DNA of 61,140 nucleotides, filler included, from Squatina squatina (taxonomy: Eukaryota), in NCBI GenBank assembly GCA_031763465.1. It is 4 parts of 4 records of this genome, joined end to end, with 100 filler letters (N's around TTAATTAATTAA, not from the genome) between each part and the next. Parts side by side here need not be neighbours in the genome. Positions count along the whole stretch, not along the records: positions 12,624 to 33,184 come from JARFOE010000013.1; positions 33,285 to 49,457 come from JARFOE010000080.1; 2 more parts are not named here. One strand, 5' to 3'. Each line of letters opens with the position of its first letter. The stretch's first letter is position 1. The translations under genes were made by a program, and so were the position numbers. The notes beneath the pieces were generated by a model. It was not told where the DNA came from. It made no database searches and saw only the letters and a list, made by a program, of their open reading frames with translations. Positions 24,876-38,300 of the stretch are shown here, in pieces.

Positions 24876-27744
24876 CTGTAGTTAGTGTTTTTTATGAGGG
24901 ACTCAATAAATGAACGTTTGTGAAACTATGAGGCTTTAGTGTTGAATGCCAGAACTGAAAATTTGACAAGAACCATTTTTTCTTTCAAGATTTATGTCTA
25001 TAGGTAAGAGCATAAAAAGATGAAGACAGACAAAACTTAATAACAAGCATCACTGGTTGACAAGAAGATTCAAGCTTGTGTTAAGTAACAGAAGGTGAAA
25101 TTAAGTATTGTGGTTTGAACAATTGTCAATTTCAAAACCACAAAGCTAAATTAATGCAAAGCTAATCCAGAGAGAGAGAAGAAGGGAGAACGAGAACATG
25201 CCAGAAACTACTATTGAGGATATTGGCCAATGAACGCTAATGAATTGATATGAGAATTCTCTGTCTGCTATTTTAACAGGGGTGTTAACAAATGGGTTAA
25301 CAGCTCCACTATTATAGTAGATGAATGCCATATGAACACCTTAGCATTGGCCGCTAATATTGACAAAAGTACTTCCTACTCTGTATTGTTTAAATGTCCA
25401 GAATTCTAACCAGATGCCCTGTTATCAGCAACAGATGAATGAATGTTGTTGGACCCAATGAATCAGTCTGTGTCAGAGCCAAGGGTTAAGATGATCCGTC
25501 CTGGTCTTATTCACAAACCACATCCAACTGAGCAGAACAATGAAGTCGACAAATGAAGCATTATGGCCTGTATTGCCACACTGTATAGTAAATCTGAGTG
25601 ACAGATAACTGAAGGAGCTAGCAGGCCCCTTTAAAGAATACCCTGAATATGACAGATAAATTGTGTTTCATTGTAGCTGTTATATGACAGAACAGTATCC
25701 ACTATAATTAAACTGATGGAGGGTATGATGAATAAAAGGCCAATCATACAGATTTAATTATACACAGCCAGCAATGTGAAGTGTGCAAAATGGAATTAAT
25801 GAGCACAATAAAGTTTAAATGTCTCTCTACATCATCTAAATCAGTTGGTAGAAAGCTGTTACCCAAGGAATATCCTGCATGGCTCCTCTGCCATTATTTA
25901 GAAGTGAAAATTTCATTTGGACGTAAACACAGAAATATGCAAACATGATGCTGTGTTGTGCTTTTGCACAAAATAGTTATGTGCCAGCTTACTCTGTGAA
26001 ACATTATTGTTACAAATAAGAACATTTATCTGGAATGAGAATTATTCAATAGTTTCACAACTGCTCACTTTTTGGATTCCTCATGACAAAAACTGTTCTA
26101 ATTTTAAAAAATGGCAAACATAGAGAGTTTCAACATCCATTATTCTTTGAAAACTCCATGTTGAAAATACCACTTGTCTCCCCACCCCTTAAGCATTAAA
26201 CCCTGAGGATTAGACAGTGTCAAATAGTCAATTAGTGATACTGAGCAGGATTCACATGGGACAAAATTCATCAGCTAAAAGAAAAATTGGTGCCATTTGT
26301 GGAAAATAAAAGCAAAAGTAGTACCAGCCCTACAACAAAAATTGATACTTTATGAAAATAATTGTACATTTTATATTGAATTTTAATACAAATCTCTTGT
26401 CTAGAACAATGAGCTGTGTTCTGACAAATAATCACCCTTTCATTATAATATTTTGATGCACCACACCCTCCAAAATAATATACTTTATTTTAACTCTCAA
26501 TATCATACACCATATTACATAACTGTTTTGTAAATTAACTCCGTTTTGTATAATTCTCACAGATGGTTTTAAAGGAAAGTGTCTATTGAATTGGAATTTA
26601 TTTTTCTGCTGACACGTGACAGTTCTATCTTCTGTAAAATGAACACTTACTTAATAAAAATAGGTTTTAAAAATATCAAGCAAATATCAATTCCTTTCAA
26701 TTATTTTTTCACTACATTGTGAAATGTTGTGATTAAAGGCGACTTACCAACAGTATTGAGCGCTGTGAGCAGTGACCCTCACACTGCAGTTGGAAATTAG
26801 TGTTGTTTTGCAAACATACTGTACGAAGAAGATCATGCAGCAAGCAACAATGTAATTCATTTGCATCCGTCATATGTTCAGGCTAAGGCATATGCCAGCC
26901 AAATACAGCAGGCACTTAACTCTGGCAAAGGTCATAAGAAGGAGGCAGAAAGAGGAATGCTAGAAAGACAGCAGCCTAGGACACCAGCTGTCTCCATACT
27001 TTACTTTGCGTCCCCTGAGTGTCAGCTGTAAGATCTGCATGTGACTGGATGCTGACCATACTGACATCAGTGGGGAATAAAAAGCTTGACAAAGGTACAA
27101 CTATGTCATGATGTGATGGCAGTCCTGCCGAGCTGACACGGAGCTGTGGTTTCTTTGATACTTCCAAGGTAGATCCCCAGAGCCTAAGTCCAATCAATAC
27201 TTACAGTAACAGTTCTTAATCCTGTGTCCACTCACGCTCTTTGTATAACTAACTGGCACCACTGAAGCTGCATGTATATTGAAATATGCCTCTGGGCTAG
27301 AAAGAGGAACAGTGACCTTTCATGAACCTATCATTAAACCTTCTTCGCAATATGAAATTCATCAAACTGAACAATTCCAGCTAATTCTTTAAAAGAGTCT
27401 CTTATCCAATGATTGATTTACGATGAAGACCTGGGTACTCTATTAAAAGCTTCTCATGCTCCAGTGGCCCTTGTACAGAAACTGACAAGACACCCTAGTG
27501 TTTGGTTGGAAGAGATATTTGCTACTAACAGTACCAGTACCATTTTTTTCCCAGACTAATTTAACAAAGTGCACAGAACATCTGGTCAGGGATAACATGC
27601 TGTTTCCCTTTTTAAAATGAATGAATCATCCATTGCAATTCAATGTAGCAATCATATTAATCAACAAAACATTCTGAAGTCACTACAATATGACATCTAT
27701 TCTGTAATTGCAACCTTTTATTTTTGCCTCCCTCCAAACTTAAG

Positions 27745-28995
27745 GAACCCATGAGTGTTTAACTGAACCCAGCCAGAGACAGCACTTGCAGTGGAGGAGA
27801 GGGAGTTAAACCAGTGAGAGTAGAATTGAACACAACCAGAGTCAGCACATTCAGGGGAGGAGAGAAAGGAACCAGTGAGTGTGGAACTGAATCCAGCCAG
27901 AGTCAGCACCTTCAGGGGAGGTGAGGAAGGGAAATAGTGAGTGTAGAACTCGACCAAGCCAGAGTCAGCACCTTCGGGGGAGGAGAGAGGTAAGAACCAG
28001 TGAGTGTAGAGCTGAACCCAGCCAGAATCAGCACCTTCACGGGATGATTCAACGGGAACCAGTGAGTGTAGAACTGAACCCAGCTAGAGTCAGCACCCTC
28101 AGGGGAGGATAGGGAGAGAAACCAGTGAGTGTAGAACTGAACCCAGCCAGAGTCAGTATCTTCAGGGGAGGAGAGAGAGAGGAACCCATGAGTGTTGAAC
28201 TGAACCCAGCCAGAGACAGCACTTTCAGTGGAGGAGAGTGGGGAGAACCAGTGTGTGTAGAACTGAACCTAGCCAGAGTCAGCACCTTCAGGGGAGGAGA
28301 GGGAGGTAAACCAGTGAGAGTGGAACTGAATTCAGCCAGAGTCAATAACTTCAGAGGAGGAGAGGGAGAGGAACCCATGAGTGTAGAACTGAACCCAGCC
28401 AGAGTCAGCACCTTCAGTGGAGGAAAGGGTGAGGAACCAGAGCGTGTAGTACAGGACCCAGCCGGAGTAAGCACCTTCAGGAAAGGAGAGGGAGGTTAAC
28501 AAGTGAGTGTAGAACTGAACCCAGCCAGAGTCAGCATCTTCAGGGGAGGAGAGGGAAACCAGTGAGTGTAGAACTGAACCTAGCCAGAGTCAGCACCTTC
28601 AGGGGAGGAGAGCGGGGGGAACCAGTGAGTAACTCTGAACGCAGCCAGAGCCAGCACCTTCAGGGAGGAGAGGGAGGGGAACCGCTGAGTGTTGAACTGT
28701 ACCCAGCCAGAGTCAGCACCTTTCGGGGTGGAGAGAGAGGGGAACCAGTGAGTGTGGAACTGAACCCAGCCAGAGTCAGCACCTTTCGGGGAGGAGAGTG
28801 AGGTGAACCAGTGAGTGTAGAACTGAACCGAGCCAGTATCAGGACCTTTAGGGGAGGAGAGAGCGGAGAGCCACTGAGTGTAGAACTGAACCGAGCCAGA
28901 ATCAGCACCTTCAGCGGGGGAGAGGGAGGGGAACCAGTGAGTATAGACCTGAACCCAGCCAGAGTCAGCACCTTCAGCGGCAGAGAGGGAGGTGA
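27745..28995. repeat. ~63-bp minisatellite, ~20 copies
   Basis: AACCAGTGAGTGTAGAACTGAACCCAGCCAGAGTCAGCACCTTCAGGGGAGGAGAGGGAGGGG units, with occasional indels. Confidence 0.95.
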
Positions 28996-30502
28996 AGGGG
29001 GAACCCTACTTACTCAATACGTGATGTTGTCCTCGCTGTAGAGTTAGGGAATTGGACAGACGATAAGCCTAGTTAGGATGACTTGCTCGGGCTGCACCCT
29101 GAGACGAACGGCACTGTGGGAGAAATTTTGATCGAGACAGAACAGCCCTGTGGAAAGTTATTGGCTGTGAAACAAGGAAACATGACTCTTTTTTCTGATA
29201 ATGAATTTTGAAATGAAGTAAATGATCCAAAACTTGTGTGAATGTAGGTTTAGAAGAAGAAATCAACAATTGAGGCAAAAAACCCGAGTCAGGACCGAAG
29301 AGAGGACCACAAGGCCTGATGGGAAATCTTTGGTCAACCCGGGACTATAGGAAAGCTGCAAACAGGAGAACAAAGANNNNNNNNNNNNNNNNNNNNNNNN
29401 NNNNNNNNNNNNNNNNNNNNNNNNNNNNNNNNNNNNNNNNNNNNNNNNNNNNNNNNNNNNNNNNNNNNNNNNNNNNTGGTATAAACATTGTCCTGGCAGA
29501 AAAAAAAGTTTCAAAGTGTTGGGCAGTGGGTGGGGCTCGCCCATTTTAATGAAATACCAGTTAAAAACATGAGAAGCCTGGGGAGTGTTAACTAACAAAT
29601 GTGCTTGTAAGTGGCAATTAGAAAGCATCTGCCAGTCATCATGAACCTTTTGCAGCAGCTAATGAAACATTTTACCCTGACAAATCTAGACAATTCTAAA
29701 AATCCACTGTAGAGTATGCAGTTGCTGTTAGTGATATAGGCACATTTTGGGTGGTGGAGGACACCTCTCAGCATGCTTGAGCATGATAAGCATGACAGCC
29801 TCAGCGCTGTCTCTGCTACTCGGAGAACTTGACAGGAACTCCAAAAGAAGTTGCACAATTTAAAATGAAGGACAATGGTAAGGCTTTAACATTACTGTGC
29901 AGGAGCAGAAGGCATATATGCATGAGGGAAAGTTGTACTTATAAAATATATTTATAAAAATGCTGTACTGGCACAGATAAATGTTAGAAGGCATGTAAGG
30001 TGTTAGAATTGAAAATAGCAGGGTTAGATGAGATACCTTGTACATGCCGAGATTGGAAAATGAATGTGCTGCAGGAAGGAACTTCTGTGGTTACTATGAG
30101 GGTAAACATAATTTATACTGTTTTCCTGGGGATTCTGGAGCTTTTCTACCAAATCTCTGCAGAAAAGCTGTTTCAGTCCCCACTGCTCTTATGTTTAAAG
30201 TAAAACCTCACCTTAAATAAAAGGCCACAGCGCGGAACAGGTGATGAACCTCCAGATCTGAAGGCGCTCACACCACAAGAGGAAACATGGTGGAGAAAGT
30301 GTTTGTGTGCCATTGGGTCTGTGGAGTTTTGAGGAGAGAAGAGAACTAATGGTAAGTGTCATGTTAATCAGATAATCAATGACTTGCACCATTTGCTACA
30401 CAACGATATTCATGCACATTGATTGTGCACAAGGGCATAATAATGTATGCAATTTCAATGGGTTTATCTATTCATAATATATCATTTGCTCTCTCTGCAT
30501 AT

Positions 30503-30622
30503 GAAACATAGAAACATAGAAAACAGGTGCAGCAGAAGGCCATTCGGCCCCTCGAGCCTGCACCGCCATTCAACACGATCATGGCTGATCTTTCAACTCA
30601 GTACCCCGTACCTGCTTTCTCT
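30503..30622 (-). mobile_element. CR1 LINE 3' terminus
   Basis: GAAACATAGAAACATAGAAAACAGG...AGGCCATTCGGCCCCTCGAGCCTGCACCGCCATTCAA, the same tail type as at 12071. Confidence 0.75.
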
Positions 30623-33184
30623 NNNNNNNNNNNNNNNNNNNNNNNNNNNNNNNNNNNNNNNNNNNNNNNNNNNNNNNNNNNNNNNNNNNNNNNNNNNNNN
30701 NNNNNNNNNNNNNNNNNNNNNNAATGGGTAACTGCCTGACCTAAATTTTCAAAGCAATTTTGACTAATAGATTTTAGGCAGTATATCTGCTGATGATGAA
30801 TATAACATTAAAATTGTGGATAAATCATTCCAGATAATATGGAGAAAATAAACATTACATAATTTTGTTAAATTGGTGATGTCTGAATAAATCGTAAACA
30901 ACAATTGAAAACAATGCTTATTCTTTTTTTCACTGCAGTGGTGCTACACAAAGAATTTAGATAGCAGTTGCTGCTTATTTCAGTGCACATTCTGTCACTC
31001 TAGCTGCCAACTTTGTTGCATACTAAATTATTCAGTACAGGCTGAGCATGCCAAGATTTTTAGTGAACAATAAAACAATCTGCCAACAGCTAATCACTCA
31101 TTATGTGATGCAACATTTTGAGACAATTAGCAAACCATACAGCACGTGACAAATAAGACTCATTTGTGATGAAAATAAAATTATATGGTTCATTATCAAT
31201 GTTCCTGTAAAACACACCCACTAATCAACCAAAACACTCCATTCAACCATAGGACAAACTAGACAGTGGGTTCTGCCAAACTCTTTGCTGCTACTGCAAT
31301 TGTAATGTTGTGNNNNNNNNNNNNNNNNNNNNNNNNNNNNNNNNNNNNNNNNNNNNNNNNNNNNNNNNNNNNNNNNNNNNNNNNNNNNNNNNNNNNNNNN
31401 NNNNNNNNNNNNAATGTTGTGTGGTCATCTGTTTCATAATCTGCTTGGATCAAACTGGATAATTGCTCCTAAAGTGCTTTAACAGAGTAAGAACCGGTTA
31501 TCCTATCTATTAATCATACGTATAACTTCACAGCCAAATCAACTAGTATGTTATTGTCCCCTTGAGATCCAGGGAGGGTTAAACCCCTTGTGACCCTGCT
31601 AATATAGCAGTACAGATGGAAAGGAGCATGTCTACAAGGACCAGCTGACAGCTGCCACCCAGCCCTGGGAGAGATGTGAGCCAATAACAGTCAAGTACAC
31701 CATTTGTGAAACGGGTTCCCAATCAATAATCATTGCTTTTGCTACTACATGGCTGTATAATGAAAAACTGCCACTTCCAAACCCTCTATGAATTTAAATT
31801 TGATGTGGTGTAATGGAAGCTTGGCTAATTTTCAAAGACTACCACATTATTAAATATACATATTTAATATATATAGTGACAGGAAAATAATGTAAAACAA
31901 ACCCACATTTTAAACCTGCTAATAAAAATGACAGTTTCATAACTGCAAGTGGAGGAACCTCTAGGTCTTTGCTAATTAGAAGTTGCCAAACCCGTTGCAT
32001 TTTCAAAATAAATTGAGATGTCGCACATACAAATGTCATATTTAGTATAAAATCAAGTGCGTGCAGGTACCTCATTCGTTTCCATTCTATAATGTGTGGC
32101 TTTACGGCATATTTTTCTTAGAAGCCATACTGTATACAAATAAAACAATGAACATCAATCATTGGTTTCTTAGATACGTTTTACGTAGTGTATTTACAAT
32201 ATAATTACAATGCTTGGAACACAAACTTGCTGTTGTAGTTAGTAAGGTAATAGTGATTTTCACTGACTCATTCATATGAGAATTCAGTTTGCTTTTAGAA
32301 CATGAATAAACAGACAGATGGAGGTAGGAAAAAACAAGCAGTTTTCCCTCATTTAGGGATGTGTGTTGACAAATCCCTGGCAAAGGATCCACATTTCAAA
32401 CATCCTACCCCATGGAGCTAGTTAGTGGGGGAAACAAAAGGAGCTACTAGTGCAGACTCTCACTGTAGAAACAAAAGATGGAAAGATAATCAATTTTATG
32501 GTAAATTACTGCAAGCCGTAACTAGTCCTCTGGTAAGCGTGCTTTTGCTTCAAAATGAAACATTAATGAAGGCTGTCTGATTCGAATCTAGGATGAAAAT
32601 CAAAAAACAAAAGTTGCATTATGCATTTTATATGTAAGGAAAATTTCCCAAGCATTTATTTATTTTACGCACCAATTATAATCACACACTGTGACTGCTG
32701 AAAAATCTGCACTGATGCTAAAAATGAATGTTCAGAACAAATTCAGATGATGTTTAATCTTCATGAATAATTCATGCCTTCTGATTGTTTAAAATTTTCC
32801 TATTGATAAGAAATTTGGAAAAAAAAACTGTAACCTTTAAAATGTTATGAATAACTGGATGGAGAAAAGTAAATTTAATTTTGCCTTTCATAATCCTCTA
32901 AAGATAACAACAACAACTTGTATTTATATAGCACCTTTAATGTAGTAAAATGTCCCAAGGCGTTTCACGGGCATATTACAAAACAAAGAAAATGGCAGAA
33001 ATTTCTATAATTTGTACATGGAATTGCACAAGCTATTTGACTTCAATTCATATGTCAAAGCCTGAAGAAATGTAAAATAGTTATTTTAAGGCGTTGGGGC
33101 CGAATTTACTCCAATGGGAGGCCAGTGAAATGACCGGAAACTCTACTGGGACTTGGATACACCAGGTCTTGGCTTAGAATAGGA

Positions 33185-33284
33185 NNNNNNNNNNNNNNNN
33201 NNNNNNNNNNNNNNNNNNNNNNNNNNNNTTAATTAATTAANNNNNNNNNNNNNNNNNNNNNNNNNNNNNNNNNNNNNNNNNNNN
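33185..33284. other. Artificial contig spacer
   Basis: 44 N + TTAATTAATTAA (33229-33240) + 44 N. Confidence 0.97.
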
Positions 33285-35061
33285 TGGGAGAAAGTAAGGG
33301 TTTTCACTGGGAACAAGGGCATCAAAGGCAGAGGGGACGAAGTGATTGAGCAGATTGGCAGCTACAGAAGTATTATGATGAATGGAGGGCCAAAGGCTAG
33401 TCAATTTGTATATGGTATTGCTGTATTTTGCAGGTGAAATATTGCTGGGGAGTACTTCAATCTAAGTATTGTAACTTTTAAACAAGTGCAGTTTCACTGA
33501 ACTCTCGACATGTGGCCCTTAGCCAAGCAGTAAAATTGTGTAGAGGGGTGAAAGGTAGAGAAATATCCACAGTCAATAATTCAAGATCTACAGAGTGATT
33601 ACTTCACCCCGGAGCCCTTGCACAGATGGCTTGACAGGCCATTTCTACACATACATTGTATGAAATCATCTTTTTTTTGTGTGTGAGAACAGTTTGAAAT
33701 GTGGGATGAGGAGGACAAATCACCATCTGGAAACCATTTAGTCAGTAACTTTTGAAGAGAAAAGAAAGCCAGGAGTGACACTGGATCCAAGGACAAAGAG
33801 AGAGGCAGTAATTCAGCAATTAGTCTCAAATGATAAGACTACAAGTAGTTGCTTTTAATGGTTGATTAACTTAATAGTTCTTATTCCCTGGTAGATACAA
33901 AGCCAATAGTATTTTGCAGGCTACGTTCAGTCAATATGACACCAGAATTCTGATACCATATCACTGTTATTGATTAAGTAAGATACTGACATAGGCTGGA
34001 GACTCGCTCAATGATGTAATGGAAAAATACTTCACATATAGGAATGCATTATCAAAAAATCACATTTTTTGCAAGGTAGGTAATTTCAGGAAACAGAACA
34101 AAAGAAAGTTAGTGTTGACCTTCTGGCCATCATCTCCTTCATCTGTACCTGACTCCCTTTCTGTAAATCTTTGATAGCTGTATTGGTTGTGAGAGGNNNN
34201 NNNNNNNNNNNNNNNNNNNNNNNNNNNNNNNNNNNNNNNNNNNNNNNNNNNNNNNNNNNNNNNNNNNNNNNNNNNNNNNNNNNNNNNNNNNNNNNNTTGT
34301 AGCGCTATGGTTGAAGTTCAGCCAAGCTGCAAGGCTTGACTCTGTGCCCATCACTACCTTGTGTCTCGGTTTTGGGAACCCGCTATGGCAAGGCCTTAGA
34401 AACCAGACGAGAAGCAGGTTTTTCTGCTCCTCCGCTTTGAATGGCTTGAACTGCGAGAAATAGGGGAAGGGGAAGAGAGAAAGAGGGAGGGAGGGAAATG
34501 ACTTGTAAAAAGATGTTAAAAGAAAAAAAAACCATGTTAGCGATTATCGACAGACTGCATCTCATTTCACTGACAAATTTGAACCAAAGTTGAAGTAACT
34601 TTATCCACAAACTAGGAAAATAAAACCGGTTTGGGACAGGGAAATTCAGCCGCTCCAGGACATCATAATTCTCAAGGATGCGTAGAGACACAGGTACAAG
34701 TATTAAAACTACTGCGTCTTCATGCACTGAATGCGTGCGTTGACTCTGATCTTAACCCAGATCACATTAGTAATGCTGAATGCCTGTAGGAATCCCTAAA
34801 AAAGGTGGTTGGTTCATTGGCAGAGGGTTAACAGCAATCACATAGCACAGTTACCAGCAACAAAACATCCACAACATTAAACGTCACTCAAGCGCATTAA
34901 TTGCACTTCATGGTTGAACGACAAGTTTAATTCCGTCATTCACTGTCATCACTTATACTATTATTAGGATTCACACTATATAAATATGACTGGTATGACT
35001 ATGAGTACAACTGATACTCAGATGAGTCACACTGCTCAACCTGATGATGTAAGCAGTCTAT

Positions 35062-35372
35062 TTATTCATTCATTCATTCATTCATCTTCTATACCGCTTT
35101 ATCCTGTGATCAGGGTCGCGGGGGGGCCTGGAGCCTATCCCAGGAGGCTTTCGGTCACAAGGCAGGGTACACCCTGGACAGGGTGCCAATCCATCGCAGG
35201 GCACACACACACACATTCACCCACCCATTCACACACTACGGGCAATTTGGGAACGCCAATTAGCCTAACCTGCATATCTTTGGACTGTGGGAGGAAACCG
35301 GAGTACCCGGAGGAAACCCACCAAGCACGGGGAGAACATGCAAACTCCATGCACACAGAGACGGGAATCGAG
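35062..35372 (-). mobile_element. V-SINE (HE1/DANA/Mermaid-type), 5'-truncated, with a (TGAA)n tail
   Basis: Minus strand has the V-domain TGCATGGAGTTTGCATGTTCTCCCCGTG...GGGTTTCCTCCGGGTACTCCGGTTTCCTCCCACAGTCCAAAGA, a TG repeat, CCTGCGATGGATTGGCACCCTGTCCAGGGTG...GGGATAGGCTCCAG and GAATGAATGAAT. Confidence 0.85.
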
Positions 35373-38300
35373 AATTAGTGTTTATCTCAGAAATAAAAAC
35401 TTTTATCCCAGTACCTCTGATAATTTGAATTATTGTAAGGAAATCATATTGTAAGAAATAATTGTGATTGAAGAGAATGTTTGTGAAACTGTTTAATAAA
35501 ACCTATAAATGACACCCGCTCTCTGGCTCAGTGATGACACCAAAGCAAATTTGCAATCGTGCAGCTTTAATCCATTATGTTATACACATTTGAGCTGTTA
35601 ATGAACTAAAAGCAAATCTGGTGGCATTCTTCTGTCACTTTCAGGGCGATGAGTCATTGCACTCTGAATGCATGTTCCCAATTTGTCTGTTTTGAATTGC
35701 TCCCATTCCCACAATTCAACAGATAACAGATTTCTGTGCACTGAGTATTAATCAAAAATAGCTCAAGTGTGGTGCCCAGATTTTCCATGTGTAATACAAT
35801 CAAGGGAGCGATGGAAAGCAAAACAGCCACCTTTGCCCCTGTAGCAAACAGCAGCAACAACAGGAACATTTTTTTTTAAATCTTCCAAAATCAAATTGAG
35901 GCACAAAAGTAATTTGTTAGACTAGGTTCCTTTCAGCGAGTTTTTGGAGTCTGAAGCACTCGTATTTGCATTTGTTTCGAAGGAGCATTCAAGCGAACCC
36001 AATTTAGGATTGAAACAGAAATCTATTATCGCGATTACTCCATGGCGCAACTTTCAATGACATAGAGGAGCAAGAGATTCATGGGTTCCAGTGCGTACAT
36101 TTTAAAAGCAGGACGACCAAGTTGTTGAAAAAACCTACGGGATCCTAGGNNNNNNNNNNNNNNNNNNNNNNNNNNNNNNNNNNNNNNNNNNNNNNNNNNN
36201 NNNNNNNNNNNNNNNNNNNNNNNNNNNNNNNNNNNNNNNNNNNNNNNNNATCAGATAAATTGGGAAAAACAATTCCCTCTGGCCAGTGAATCAGTTATTA
36301 GAAGACTCAAATTTAAGATCATCACCAAAAAGTGAAGCAAAAGGCAGAATCTTATAATGCAGAGGGACACTAGGACTTGGAATCGCCTACCAGGAGTGGG
36401 AGGAATTTCCATTATAGCTTTTAAAAGGGGTGTGAATATATACTTGAAAAATAAAAAATTAACAGGATATGGGGAAGGAGCAGGGAAATGGGACAGAGCA
36501 GGTAACTCTTTCAGAGAGCAAGTGCAATGAGTCGAATAATCTCCTTCTGTGTTGAAAAATTCCATGAGTCAATGCGTTGGCAGAAAATTGTACAGACTCG
36601 TGCTGCATTGTGATGTGATTTCCATTTATTTTCAAGACATGCAACTGTTACTGTTGTGCCCGGAATGAACATGAACTGCTTTACCGAGTCCAGCACCCTT
36701 CCTCTGCCACTCCATTGATACACATTTATTTTTAATACAGTTACAAATTGAAACCAATTTCAATCAGAGTCCTGCTGAATACAGCATGATGCTGATTTTG
36801 GAGTAAAATGCTGAAGTCACCATTTGGCATGTCCAGGCACCACAGTAACAAAAGGAATAAAATACATGAGTTCTATTTGGCAGCAGCATATAAAAACATC
36901 ATATTGTGCCTTGAAACACATTTGTGTCATTATTGNNNNNNNNNNNNNNNNNNNNNNNNNNNNNNNNNNNNNNNNNNNNNNNNNNNNNNNNNNNNNNNNN
37001 NNNNNNNNNNNNNNNNNNNNNNNNNNNNNNNNNNNTGCAAAGAAGTTTTCTTCTGTGCCTCTTCTGATTGGCTGGCTGGTTTAAGCCTTTATGAACAGAT
37101 ATCAGACTACTGTTTTTGGACTGATTTCAAATCTTGCTTTTCGTGCTCACTTCTGCAAATAACTCTGTTCATGAATAAGCTTGTGTTATGGTGTAACGTG
37201 CTACAAAAGTGTCTGGCATGGCTGATAGTAGCCCTCTACTGAAGTAACTTGAGATCTTTTTGATTTCCTACGATTTATCTGGTAACCATAAAAGTGCCAG
37301 GCTTGATAACTGCAATGATGTCATCTTGCTCACCAACCCCATATGGTTATCAAATATTTTGCAAGATAGTTTATCATGCTGACGATGCACCATAAAACTG
37401 TTTTTTCTTTAAAAATCTTACTATGTTGTAGCATGAAAATAAGCTTGAGTTCCTGACCCTAAACTTTTCTGCATCACATATTACTGCAGCCCTGATTGTG
37501 GGCTAGTTTTTGGCGGGTGACCAGAACTGCGAGTTAGAAACTCACCCACTGCTCCAGATATGAGGCCTGGGGTATTTTAACTCCCAGGCCTCAATTAAAT
37601 CCCACCCGTTTTCGGTGGGTACTTGGCAAGAAGCGACAAAAATTGCATGGCTTGGAGGCAGGAGGTAAGTGGCAGGATGTCTACCGGGCCATCTCGTAAG
37701 GGGGGCCTGCAATCAGGAGGGGGTGAGTTTGGGGCTGCAGAGGCCTAATCCTTTCTTGTGGGGGGGGCTCAGAAGAGCACTCTTGCACCTCCCGACCCCA
37801 CAAGGAAACATAAGAAATAGGAGCAGGAATAGGCCATTCAGCCCCTCGAGCCTGCTCCGTTAAGAAAGTAAAAAAAATGCAAACACTTAGCTTTTCGGGC
37901 CTCCTCTGGCCCTGATCCTCTTCACTGCAAGGTTGGCTTGCCAGAAACTCACTGCCACTTTGCACTTAGGCCGCCTATTAAAAATTTTCCATCAGTTCCC
38001 AATTATGTCATCAGGACCCAATATGTATATGTTAAAAAGGACCCCTATGGCTTTGGCGGGTGTCCCTGCTGCCTGCTCAGGGCAGCAAGTGAAAATTGGT
38101 TCCTGTCAGCTCCTGGAGGCTTCAACTTGGGCAATTTTAACTGCAGGCCTGCCCGGTTTCTGCCAGCTGAGTAGGGTTTAAATTGGCCACTCAGTAGCTG
38201 TTCAGTATGTCTTCCAAACCAAACGGTCTTGAAAAGCAACATATCTTGAGCATGCTAGTTAATTAGTGGACTCATGCTACCTTGATCAATTTTACATCAT

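Noticed and set aside
27718-29041. Repetitive ORFs (SVELNPARVSTFRGGE...) as a protein or CRISPR array
   Set aside because: They are translations of a 63-bp satellite with frameshifts, and there are no variable spacers.
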